A stretch of 55,891 nucleotides of DNA, counting the filler, from Platydemus manokwari (taxonomy: Eukaryota), in the NCBI GenBank assembly GCA_037951405.1. It is 5 parts of 5 records of this genome, joined end to end, with 100 filler letters (N's around TTAATTAATTAA, not from the genome) between each part and the next. Parts side by side here need not be neighbours in the genome. Positions count along the whole stretch, not along the records: positions 20,151 to 32,429 come from JBBMOY010213339.1; positions 32,530 to 42,872 come from JBBMOY011143215.1; 3 more parts are not named here. One strand, given 5' to 3'. The position numbers and the translations under genes are program-made. Below the pieces are notes generated by a model. It had not been told where the DNA came from. It saw only the letters and a program-made list of their open reading frames with translations, and did no database searches. Numbering within the stretch: the stretch's first letter is position 1; each line of letters opens with the position of its first letter. Positions 24,379-36,130 of this stretch are shown one piece after another.

Positions 24379-27300
24379 AAGACACAAATTTGCTATCATG
24401 GAATATTGCAAGACACATGAAACAGATTTACCAGTCTTGTTTGGCTTTACGTGGCCCTTATGATTCAAAAAATACGTTATCAGAAAAATTGAATGTCAAC
24501 AGTCATAGAGTATATAACGTATCAGAGAAATTCGCATTTGAGGATACAATGGTTAGGTGCTCTGGATTCTTTTCTTTAGATATAGTCGAAGATTCAGAAA
24601 ATGGAGGAGTGTACATGCCAAGAGTAATATTATTGTCTTTTATATTGTAAAGAGTTATAATAAAACGAAATATATTAATTATAGAGCTCTTCGTATGATT
24701 TCTTTACGTTAATAATTTTTATGCGTTTCTATCAATAATCCTGAAAATGCTATAATTTGATTCCTTTTTATTTGTTTCTTGTTATCAGTAAAAGTCTATA
24801 TTTTAATCAAATTCAACAAATGGGTTTTGTAAGAGGTACAACACGGGAATTTGGCATTGATACAACTAACATCGAATAGTATTCCACGTGTGCTTAATGA
24901 TGAAATAACAATAATTCTTTTAGTTTTCTTTTTATTTAGAATTTGAAATTATTAAACAATTTCATTGATCGATTGAAATGTTATTGATTTTTTTTTCAGA
25001 TTAATAAACCTAATCTTATTATCGACGAACATCTTCTTCGAGATCTGGATTCAGAGGAAACAAAAAAAGTAATTATTCCGTTTTTCATGAATTAATCAAA
25101 AAATATAAATGGAATTTATGTGATGATTAATATTTAATGTGAATATTACATTTTTGTCAAGGTTTTGTGATTGTTACTGTTGTGAATACATTAAATATTA
25201 TAAGTTACAATTAATATTTTATTTGCTACCGATAAGTATTCAGAATTATTTTCTATTTTGTCTAGAAAAAAATCAAATTATTTACTTATATAACTATGTT
25301 TTCCTTTACATTTTTGCATCTTACTTTTTTTGTTCCAACCTTTCAGTCATCATTTTTATTTTCATTAAAAAACCCATTTCGAAAACACGGTTGGTAAATA
25401 TTTATTGTATATTATCTTTTTAGGAAATTGAAAATCATAGAGATTTCTTGTTAGCTATGTCCTTTGGTACTAAAATTCCTGTTGAACGTATGGTCGACGG
25501 TATTGTTAAACTACAATCGGATATTGCAAAAGTATCCAGTGATTTTCTTTATCGGAAAATATTTAATTTTATTCCAGGCATTTCCATCATTGGATGATCA
25601 GAAGAATTCTTGTAAATTTAATCAAAAAATAAAACTGTCCGAACTTATGAAAATATGTAAAGAGGTATTAAGTAAACCTTTATAAATTTAATGATAGATA
25701 CTACACTATTAATAAACTTAATTAAATTAAATTAATATTTAATAACGGTTGTGATTTACTTATTATTTGCAACCAGATTTAAAATGTCGAAATTTTTCTA
25801 GTTTAAAAATTTAATAAATTGTCTAGTTAATAATAATTCTCGAGTGATTCGAAAAAAAATTGTTCTGTATTCTAATTAACTTAATATTTAAAATTAATTA
25901 AACCCAATCCAAAGCTATCTCAACATTATAGCATTATAACTTAGAATTTGCTGAACTCAAAATTTAGTTTTGAAATATTTAACAAATGAACTATAATGAT
26001 TATTATAACAAATAATAGTTACGTCATAAAAACATTAAAGCATAATGTTTATTTGACAAACTGCACTAATCCGTCAATCTATTATTTAAACAAACACAAC
26101 GTGTTTCTTTATTTAATCACGTTGCTCGCCTCCTCTTAAGGCCCACTCCATCGTCTCAGCCACTCTAATCGTCTGGATTTTATCGCAGAAGGGAACTGAA
26201 TCTCCACTTGTCTGTCTTACTTGAATCTGGTAATTCGATAGGCGGATCTACGAGAACTAGCATCTTCTCTTCCACCTGAAAAGATCGATGTGTTCTTTTT
26301 CCCCTGTCTTGGTTAGAAATTATGTCGACTGCCACCTTAGAATTTTCTCAAGCTGCTGCTGCAATATCGTCTCGAGTTTGATTCTTGTGGCTCACATCTG
26401 TATGAACATTGATCTTCCTCACGTAGATTATCTCGAAAGGCTAGAACATTTATGATGATTGAACTCTATCCTTGGCAACAATTCAGCCCAATTTTTCTAA
26501 GTACTCTTATCATATCTCGTACCGTCCTGATGACTCTTTCCGCTAACCCGTTCGAGTGATGCTGGTATGGTGAGCTGAATTCCTGTTTGATACCCTCCCT
26601 CATAAAGTTGCCTCCAAATTGTTTCCCGTTTTTAGATGGAATGCTCTTTGGCTTTCCAAAACGATAAATCCACAAGTTCAAAATGACCTGGAAGATTGTC
26701 TTTTCGGCTTCCTTAGATGTAGCAGTGAGGCTCACTGTCGATAATGACTACTAGGTACTTCTTGTTACTATGCATCGTGTCCATTTGTTCAATGTCCACC
26801 ACGATATGCTCTTGAAACTCAGAGCCAAACCAAGAGAGCAGAAACTTCTTAGTTCTGGATTAATCATTTACATATATAATACATTCTTTCAGTATCTCTT
26901 CGATGGTGCTGAACATGTCTGGCCAATAAAAACTGTCGTTCAAATATGCGAAGGATTTCTTTGAGCCTAAGTGGCAGAGCTTCTCGTGAATTGTCTTGAC
27001 CAAATGAGCGGCGAAATCTTTCAGTATTATAGTAGCCTAACCTTTCTCTTTCTCTAGCATCAACATCTTATCGATCATCTTTAGCTTATCTTTTATTCTC
27101 GAAAGTGAATGTTTATTCCATCATTTATTTATTTCGCCATTTAGAAATCTGAATGTCTCCACTATTTCTGCATCGTTGCGCTGTGCTTCCTGTATTTTCT
27201 GCATTATCTCCGACTTAATTTGTACTTGAGCTAAATATTTAATTTTCAGCTTTTCTGTCTTTGCTCCATCGTGTCTCGTGTTGCACTGGGAACATAGAGT

Positions 27301-30300
27301 CTCGTTGATCCTGGACAATGCATCTGCGTTTCTATGATTCTCTCCTTTTCTGTATCTTAAATCGAAATTGTATTCTGAAAGCGCCGCCATCCATATTTGA
27401 AATTGAGGACTGATCGATTTTCGTGTCGAGTTCAAGAATACCTGTGCTTTGTGATCGGTCCTTACGATGCATTTCTTCTCATTCAAGTATTGTCTTTAGC
27501 TTCAAAAAACTTGTTTGATACGATTCTGACCATTGTAATTCCTTGTCTCCATCTGCAGTTACGGTGTATAGTAGAGCCGCTATTAAAGCATAATCCTTGA
27601 TGAATCGCCTGTAATAGTTTTTCAGTCCTAAAAATGATCGCAGTTTGCTGGTACACTGTGGCACTGGGGTATCTTGTACTTGTTCGATTTTGTCGTCCTT
27701 GGTTCGTATGCCCTTAGCAATGACAGTGTGGCCTAAAAACCTTACTTCTTCTTTGATAAGCGCACATTTCTCCGGATTTACTTTCAGACCCGCCTTATGA
27801 ATTCGTCGAAAAGAGCTTCTAGTAGATTGTCTTGTTCTTGCTAAGTTTTATCGTATATTAACACATCATCCAAATATACCAGAACGCCTTTAAAGATCAA
27901 TTCATCCAACAGCTTGTGCATTAGTTTTTGAAAGGTTACTGGTGCTGTAGATAGTCCAAACGGGAGTCTGTTGAAAAAGTATTGGCCATTTTTTGTGCTA
28001 AAAGCTGTGCACTCTAGAGATCCTGGATTTAGTTCGACTTGGTAATAAGCCTGTCCTAAATCTATCGAGGAGAAATATCTAGCATCCGCCAAACAGTCTA
28101 GAAGTTGGTCGATATCAGTCATGAGCAAATTAAATTTTTTTGTCACTCCATTGAGTCTTCGATAATCCACACACATAAGGATCGATCTGTCCTTTTTTCC
28201 TACGATAACTAGTGGTGAATTTCGAGCACTCTTGCATGGTGTTAAGTCTCCTATTTCGAGCAAGTTTTTTGTCACATCTTAAATTTTTGTTTCTAAGCTG
28301 CCTTCTGGGATTCTGCGAAATAGGATTTCCAGTAATTATAACAACTATGGTGGTTTTGCCTAGATCCAATTTCGAGCGCATGAATATATTTCAGTATTCT
28401 TTGATGAGTTTTCCAATTCTGTCCGTGTTTTCAGTTTTTATCGTTTCCATTGCGTGTTTCCATCTCTACATTAGCTCCGTTGATCAACCCTTTACTCCAC
28501 ATCCTAGCGTCGTCCTTGTTAAACATCTCTTCACGTCTGGTTTCATTTCGAATTTTCTTGTTATCTATTGATTCAACCCAACCGACGAAATGTATGCGAC
28601 AGAGTTTTTGTGGTTTTTTTGATCTTCTACCTCTTGCATTACCGGGTCATCAATTGGATCAAATTTGTTCCTCGATTTCGTCTTGAATACTTAAAATTCT
28701 ACATTCTACTCTGTGTTTGGTACCTAGTATCAGATGGCATGATCTGAAATAATGGCCTTCTTGTTCGTATATTAAACATTTGTGCTATAGGGGGCACTGG
28801 CTTCTTTAGTATTTGCTTTCTTCACAGCAGAAGCAATTGTCTCCACGCAAGCGTTCTTATTTTGGGTCTTGCATGCCTCGACACTTATTGTAAAGTTTCT
28901 TGGCCACGTATTTCATTAAATACACTGGTCTCTCTCTTCCAGAAGCGAACTTCTGTTCTGAAGCCATTGGATCGGGGTTCCGTATTTTGATAGCATATGG
29001 TGGTTTATAATTTCCGGAATCGTTGCTTTCTTTTTGTGCTGGTTATTCCACCGGTTGCTTCTTCCAGTTTTTAACGCTTGAGCATAACTCTCTCTACAAA
29101 TTGTATTAACTACTTGAGAATCTCGTTGAAAATTTTGTTCTCGATTCGCGAACACCTTTGCAGCACTTCTTTTAATCCATTCGATCGTGTTCTCATGCTG
29201 ATAATATCTTTCACTATGGAATCTTGTTTCAATCTGGAATTCATCACAGCCTCGACCAATCTGTGAACCCTTATCTCGAAGGTTGCAAACCGTTTGCTCT
29301 CAGATTGTTGAACACTTTCAAGTTCGACAATCATATCCATTATCGATTTTTTAATTGTAAACGTATCTTCAAACCATGATTTAGCTGATTCTTCTGTGGT
29401 ATCTTCCAATTTAAAGCTTTTCAACAAAATGCCTGCCTCGTCTGAGAGCAGTAAGTCGAATGCGCTAATCAGGCTGAGACTATTTATTAATAGCCACTCC
29501 TCTGTAATTTTCATCGACTTTGCGGCCTCGTTTGAATTCCTCCCATCGAATTTCCGAATATTGAAATTGAGCGCTTCTTGTGCCTCTTTCTACAAACTCT
29601 TTAATAACTGTTTCTTCTGCTAGTTCCTTGTTATTGCGTTGATTTGTATGGTGTGGTCGCAGGTCACGTCATAAGCACATTCATGCATAATATTTATTTG
29701 AAAAACTGCACTAATCCGCCAATCTATTATTTAAACAAACACAACGTGTTTCTTTATTTAATAACATCACTATAACAATATGAAGATCGCAATATAACCC
29801 TTAATGAATTATTATTCAGTTTCGTTGGCAAGACCTCATCAATGCTCCATTAAGAAAAGCTGGGAAATATGTCCAAGTTAATGATACAGTGATAGTGTTT
29901 TCATTGGCATATGTCGAAAAGGTTTGTCGAGTTTATGACGAGTACGGATCCAAGGACTATAGGTTACGATCCATTTTACTCTCTTGTATATAATAAAATT
30001 GAATATATTTACAGTTTCCTAAGGAATAACATTGTTATTGATACTATGAATCAAATGAAGCCAGTTTTTATACTTTTCAAGAAATTAATTACCACTGAAC
30101 CTGAAAATCAATCTGGTACGTATATTTCGCTTATTTAACTCCTGAAGTTGCACATGAATTTCAAATATAGCTTTAGAATTTCTCGATAAGTATTTAAATG
30201 AACTATGATAATCATTAACATTATTGATAGTATTTATTATTGGTTAAAACAGCTAAAAATTTTCTTTGTAATTTTTTTTCTATTTTGAGTTGATTCCTTT

Positions 30301-31448
30301 AGCACAGTTAAATGAAAAAATTTCAACAATTTGCATGAATATCATATCAAGAACCTATCTTGATATAATGGGATACTATTATGTTCAATCGATTCAACCA
30401 AGAATACATGGGTATTTTGTGAGTTCATTTATTGATTAGCATTTTTGTATTTTGTTAATATTTTATCAAATCCGCTTTTCGTTAGTTTCATTACTGGTGA
30501 TACTTACTACTAATTTATTATTTATTCCATTAATATAATGAGACGTTTTACAGAGTATGTTCTGTATTATTAGATATCTCTTTTTATTTTGATACCGCAA
30601 GACGTCTTCAAAAAATTGTTTGTTGAACATATGTATAACTTTGTTTTTCTTAATCATTATTAATTGGCCTAATGTCTTATTCTTATAAAATCAACTACGA
30701 TAAAATATGAACCGACACATTTTATAAAGATTGTAAAAGGCCTGTGTTTATCAATTATTAATTGTAAAAATTTAAATTCTTTCTTTTCTAGATAATTTAG
30801 AAGAAAATTTAAATAATAATAAAAATAATAATAAAATAAGAAAATTATCTGATATTTCTGATTGTATTCTGGTACTATAGATCAGGAGTCTCCAAATTCT
30901 TTCAGCAAAGGGCCACATTGCTGATTTTTTAAAATTTGGAGGGCCAAAACTATGATAGGTTTACAAAAATTGTGGTTCAAAATGAGTAGTTGAAATCATT
31001 AATAACTCATTTAAATGTTCATCAGACAATCGTGACCTGTAGCAAAATTTTTGTCATAATGTTCGTGTATTTCATAGTAAGCTCGGAGGGCCGTACTTTG
31101 GAGACCCCTGCCATAGATTATTGAAGTCATATTAGGAAAATAAATTAATAATAATAATAAATTATATTAAATAATAATAATAATAAATAATTTGCTTTTC
31201 TTCGAAGACAAATGGTTACGAATAAGAATGGTGTATTTATAAATCATTGTGTGTCTTATTTTTACAAACTCATTTTTGTTGCTCATTTATATAAGCTTGA
31301 ATTTATCGTTTTGTGAATAGATTATATCGATAATATATATTTACAGGTCAAAAAATATATTGCCAATCAGATTATTGATCAAATAAACATTAATATTGAC
31401 AGTAATAAATGGATGGATTCGGAGACAAAGGAAAAAGCTAAGGAAAAA
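24379..31448 (+). CDS. M13 family (neprilysin/ECE-like) peptidase, eight internal exons of the Peptidase_M13_N domain; both ends missing
   Basis: Phase-consistent GT-AG exons: 24379-24623, 25000-25068, 25424-25531, 25578-25664, 29820-29962, 30015-30115, 30303-30418, 31347-31448. The joined protein has IYQSCL, FFSLDIVEDSEN..INKPNL, KLQSDIAK, IKLSEL, FRWQDLIN..DTVIV, C...MGYYYV and the hallmark WMDSETKEKAKEK. Confidence 0.85.
26017..26121 (-). repeat. 3' LTR (about 105 bp) of the Gypsy element
   Basis: Ungapped direct repeat of 29662-29766 (about 10 mismatches by hand count). Preceded on the minus strand by the purine tract AAGAGGAGGCGAGCAA. Confidence 0.8.
29662..29766 (-). repeat. 5' LTR (about 105 bp) of the Gypsy element
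   Basis: Begins TGTTA on the minus strand. Followed by TGCGACC, possibly a decayed TGGCGACC primer-binding site. Confidence 0.8.
30883..31110. mobile_element. 228-bp hAT MITE in an M13 intron
   Basis: TIRs CAGGAGTCTCCAAA / TTTGGAGACCCCTG (13/14), 8-bp TSD CTATAGAT/CCATAGAT (7/8) and internal GGGCC subterminal motifs. Confidence 0.9.
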
Positions 31449-32308
31449 GTAATGTTTTAATTAACTGAAATATGTTTCCAATGCATTATTTAAGTTTCAC
31501 TGAATTATATGCCCGTTTATTGATTGTTTTTGTTTGATGTATCTGATATATTATGCAACAATCCTAGTTGACTTATATATCGGACTCGAAATGACAAAAG
31601 TTTTATCACAAAGACATAAATTTAGAAAGATTGAATGCATAATCCGAGAATCTCCTTCTTGTATTACTATGACCTTTCAAGAAAATTGAAGCGAATACTC
31701 TAATAATTCATACAATTTAAATTTTCTCTCAAAAAATTAACAACGAAATTTATCTCATATATTTTCAAGAGTCCACCACAATCAATTGCTATTTATTTTT
31801 TCTTAATGACAATCGTCATCTGACTACTATATGTTGAATAGTTATTTTATTTGAAACGCTGTGCATTAATTCTGCATACATTGACTTGTTATTAATAAAA
31901 TATCAATTCAACAATTATCTACCATTTTCTAACACGGTCAGCAATTTGAAATTTGAAGATCTATAATCAATTTGTTTATGAGATTGAGCTAGAGAAACCT
32001 TAAAATATTCAAGAAAAAGTAAAATACTATCCCTTGGCGCCAAATAAAAGGAAAGTAAATTATGAAATGCTATCTCCTTATCGAAATTCATTTAATAAAA
32101 ATAATTTTTCAGAAACATTAATATTAAACGAAAAAAAATAAACATAAATATGTCGTATTATGAAATAATTTAGATTTTTATTTAAATCAATGGCTAATAT
32201 TGAAAAAGATTCATAGAAAATAAATTGTAAAGACCAGATGTTCGATAAGTAAATTATGTAGAATTTAATATTAAACAAAGAAATATTGCCAAATTTTAAA
32301 AAGATGTA

Positions 32309-32429
32309 CTGTAAAATCCCGAGTATAAGCTGCAGCTAATACGTACATAAAAGCAACATTTTCGAATTGCAGCTAATATGATGTGCAGCTTATACAACTA
32401 AAAAACAATTCAAATCGAAGATAAGATTA
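32309..32429 (+). mobile_element. Possible left end of a Tc2/pogo-like DNA transposon, cut by the gap
   Basis: TA|CTGTAAAATCCCGAGTATAAGCTGCAGC with repeated TGCAGCT subterminal words. No partner TIR visible. Confidence 0.35.
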
Positions 32430-34291
32430 NNNNNNNNNNNNNNNNNNNNNNNNNNNNNNNNNNNNNNNNNNNNTTAATTAATTAANNNNNNNNNNNNNNN
32501 NNNNNNNNNNNNNNNNNNNNNNNNNNNNNAATGATAACAATTAAATTTATTCATTGAAATACAAATTTTAACTCATTTTTGTAAAAGCCGGAATCATACT
32601 AATACATCTAATAGAATTAAGCAAAAAATACTGTATTGATTTTTCAGATAAATATAATCGTGCTATTTATCTTATAAGTAAGCTCGATTTGATGTTTTGC
32701 TTGAACCAACCTTATTAATATTTTCGGCTTCCGTTTGATTTAAACGCTTTATTTTAATTTTAGAAATTATTCTAGCTTTTGTTTTAATTAATAATTAATA
32801 TCTCTAAGATTTTCGTTTAATTCACATTTTGTCAGTTGGAATTGAGTTGGATTTTATTTAAATTAATAAATCATCTTAGAAAATTGATTTTTCCAATCGG
32901 TGTTTTGACATTAGATTGGATAAAAACAAATCCAAACTAAAATCGTTAAATTCAAAATTTTCAAGAACTGGACAGAAGAGGCAATTAGTCAATTTATTAA
33001 TGAAATGGAAAATTTCCAAAACTAACAAATTATTGTTGACATTCATAATCGTTTATGTTACACATTGACGTTCACAGTTCAACGCAAAGAAATTATTATC
33101 GAAAACAAACAAAAAACGAAAATATATAATTATATTGAAGATATTTATCCGATATCGACGGTCATATATTGAAGTCTCTAGAGAGTTGGCATAATTTCGG
33201 AATAATGTCCAGCAAGAAAGTATAATAAAAGTTTTGGAAAAAAAAACATCGTCAACAATCAAATGAGTTACATTTAATAACATATTTCACCGAGAATGTC
33301 CGCTCAATGATAAGCATAATCATATAAATCCACTAATGGTTGTCTATTGATATAGAAATGAAAATTACTTGGAAATTGTAGTTAATGACGGAACTGAATT
33401 GTTGTAGCATTTGCCCCCGATGTTGCGGCATATTTTACAATGATGATCGGATAGGTTTTTGGAATAGTATTCTAAAGAAAGGGATACAATTAAAATGAAT
33501 ATTTTTTGATTAAAATGATTATTAGAACAACCTCACCTAGGAGTTACACATTATATATATAAAAAGCTCGGGATTGCTTTTAATGAAACTTTATCGACAT
33601 TTTCTTCAATATTGATTATGAAAACGAAAGAATTATTGAACTGGAAAGTAGTCTTACAGTTATAATGGATGCCTTTTAACTGTGAAAATATATACTCCAT
33701 TTAATAATAACGAAAATCGTTCTTATTCACATGATATTTGTGACAATAGGCCTAACATAAATATTATTCAGCAATGTGTTTTTCTTCAACACAGATTATT
33801 TATAAGATTAAACTCACGTATGCATATCGTGTAGTAGAAGTCTGGCATAAAGTGTTTGTGATGCAATACTCCAATTGAATTAATATCGATAACTTGTCGT
33901 TAGCAAAACAGTTGTATTTTATGGGGAAAAGGTTTGAAAAAAAACAATAATAAAAGTAGTCTACGAAAATGAAATCGGTCTTGTCTTGGATTAAATTTCT
34001 CAAACAAATCGATTTTTGAAACTCTTTCAAATAATTAGAGTCGTATTTAGAACTCATTCAGGAAATTAATTGCTTAACCGAATATATTTTGGCTTGAATA
34101 TTTCTAAAATTCAATGAAACGATTATTTGAAATTGGATTAAATGTTGAGCTTTCACTGACGAAGTACATTAGCGAAAATCATACTGGGTAAGGCTAACAG
34201 TGCCATTTCATTGAAAAATATTTATTGAAAAATTATCCCACTTTTAAATCGGAAAATTTCAATAATAATTGTGAGGATATTAAATCGAATG

Positions 34292-34920
34292 TAATTTTCG
34301 AAGATTTGATTTTGTATAGAATTTGATTTTATATTAAATTTAATTTGATATAAAATTGTACTTATTTGTTTAACTAATTATGTTTGAATAGAATTTGATA
34401 TCGTGTCTTTAGAGTTCGTTTCAATGTGTTTTTTTCTTCTAAAATAGTAGTGGTTTACATGGCGATCACGCATCTGGATTCGATTTTAAGAAGATCAATG
34501 ACTGAAAATCATGAAAAAAGGCGAAAATTGCTGATACGATATAGAGAATATATAAAGATGTAGATTAGATATGAAGAAAATATAAAGCAGATATAAAAAG
34601 ATATAAGGAAGATATAAAGATGTGAAGAATATGTAAAGAAGATATGATGAAGATAAAAACAAAATGTATAGAAGATATAAAAAAGATAGAAAAATTAGAG
34701 ATACAATGTCAATTAAGAATACAATGAAAATAAAAGATTTTATAAAAAGGGGATGTGAATTTAATTTTCGAAGATTTGAATCTGCATAGAATTTAATTTT
34801 ATATTGAGTTTAATTTGGTATAAAATTGTTTTTATTAGTATAAATTAAATTGTATTTGAATAGAATTTGATGCCGTGCCTTTTTTGATGCGTTTTTTTTA
34901 TAAAATAGGAGCGGCTTACA
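34292..34920. repeat. About 165-bp imperfect direct repeat (34292-34459 and 34762-34920) flanking an AAGATAT-type low-complexity tract
   Basis: Both copies run taattttcgaagatttga...tagaatttgat...aaaatag.ag.gg.ttaca. The internal cgcat.tggattcgatt word recurs at about 49743. Confidence 0.7.
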
Positions 34921-35699
34921 ATAATAATAACAGATAGTTCAATAAATAATATTTCAATTTAAACAAAATCTGAATTAATTTATTTCAGAAATAATAAAAA
35001 TGCTGCCTAAAATGTTTCTTTATCTCAGTCTTTTTTTTGTTTGATTTTAAAATTGCTATTAATATTCCTCATATACCAACAACAACAACATGTGATTCCT
35101 TCGAGCATCTGGAATATAAGTCAAAAACAATTTCTAAAAGAATATTTTCTAATTCTCAAATTTGTATTTGAAACATTTTATTTACATCGTAAACCAATAA
35201 TCGTACTGCCGTGCATTCCATCATCTCTGGAATAAAGGTGGAAAGATGCAGTAAATTTCGATTTTAAATTTCAAATATTTATCATGTTAGCTTTCGTAAA
35301 ATTTTAAAAGAAAATTATTGTAACAAAATTCGCTTGCAGAATCGGAGAAAAGTAACTCATGTATATAATACAGACATATCGGATTACTTTGTGTTGTGTT
35401 TTCGTTGAATGATATGACGATTTCACAAAGGAAATGGATGTATCAAGATATAACCTCTCCGTGATATTTAGAAATATAATTCTTGAGGTATTTGTTGTGA
35501 ATTTAAATTTCTGATTCTCGAGAATATTTTTAAATAAATAATAAGCTATTTTAAACAATATGATTTGATGTGGAATTAAAATAGATAATAACATTTTGTA
35601 CATGATTTAGTTATGAATTTTATGATTAAAATCAATTATCAATACATAATATTATTTAAGATCAATGATATTATTAGAATTGAAAAATATATAATCTCG

Positions 35700-36130
35700 G
35701 ATTTCTACTATGTGGTAGAAATAAGATTTTCTAAACCAAGCACTGACTTCAAGAACGATATACAATAACCCATTACAAGAAACTATTGAAAGCTTGATAA
35801 AATTATATTAAATAATAACAGGGCGTTGGTATTGCTGCTGGTAAAGTAAACTTATCGAACAAGTATCAAAATTGTTAAGCGTAAATTAGTATATTAACCA
35901 TATTATGTAAAATGTGTTCTACTAGGAGAAGATGATAATAAGGGCAGGGATAGTGCCTTCGTTTCAACTAATTGATATTTGGGACTAATTAATTATTGCT
36001 ATAAAAATATAGTTTTTAAACAGAACACCAACTTATCAATGTGAACATAACAGATAAATGGAGTCAGATTAAACAGACTAGTAGAGTTCGCTTGTAGTAG
36101 GAAATAATATTAAAATACTTACTTCCCAGC
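35700..36130 (+). mobile_element. Degraded LINE AP-endonuclease remnant (RTE-like)
   Basis: Fragments VEIR, QGVGIAA and NGVRLNRLVEFACS occur in the order of the APE motifs E.R, GVG and NG.RL.EFA. Confidence 0.4.

Larger units (their letters stand above)
26017..29766 (-). mobile_element. Degenerate Ty3/Gypsy LTR retrotransposon inside an M13 intron, antisense to the host gene
   Basis: On the minus strand: gag (29514-28916), two decayed CCHC knuckles (about 28730-28840), RT (MCVDYRRLN, IDLGQAYYQV, LPFGL, YLDD; 28275-27841), RT thumb (LRSFLGL.NYYRRFI), RNase H tail (TDHK..RYRKG..H.NADALSR), then integrase (HEKLCH; SPYQHHSNGLAERVIRT). RT-RH-INT order is Gypsy. Many stops and frameshifts. Confidence 0.93.
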
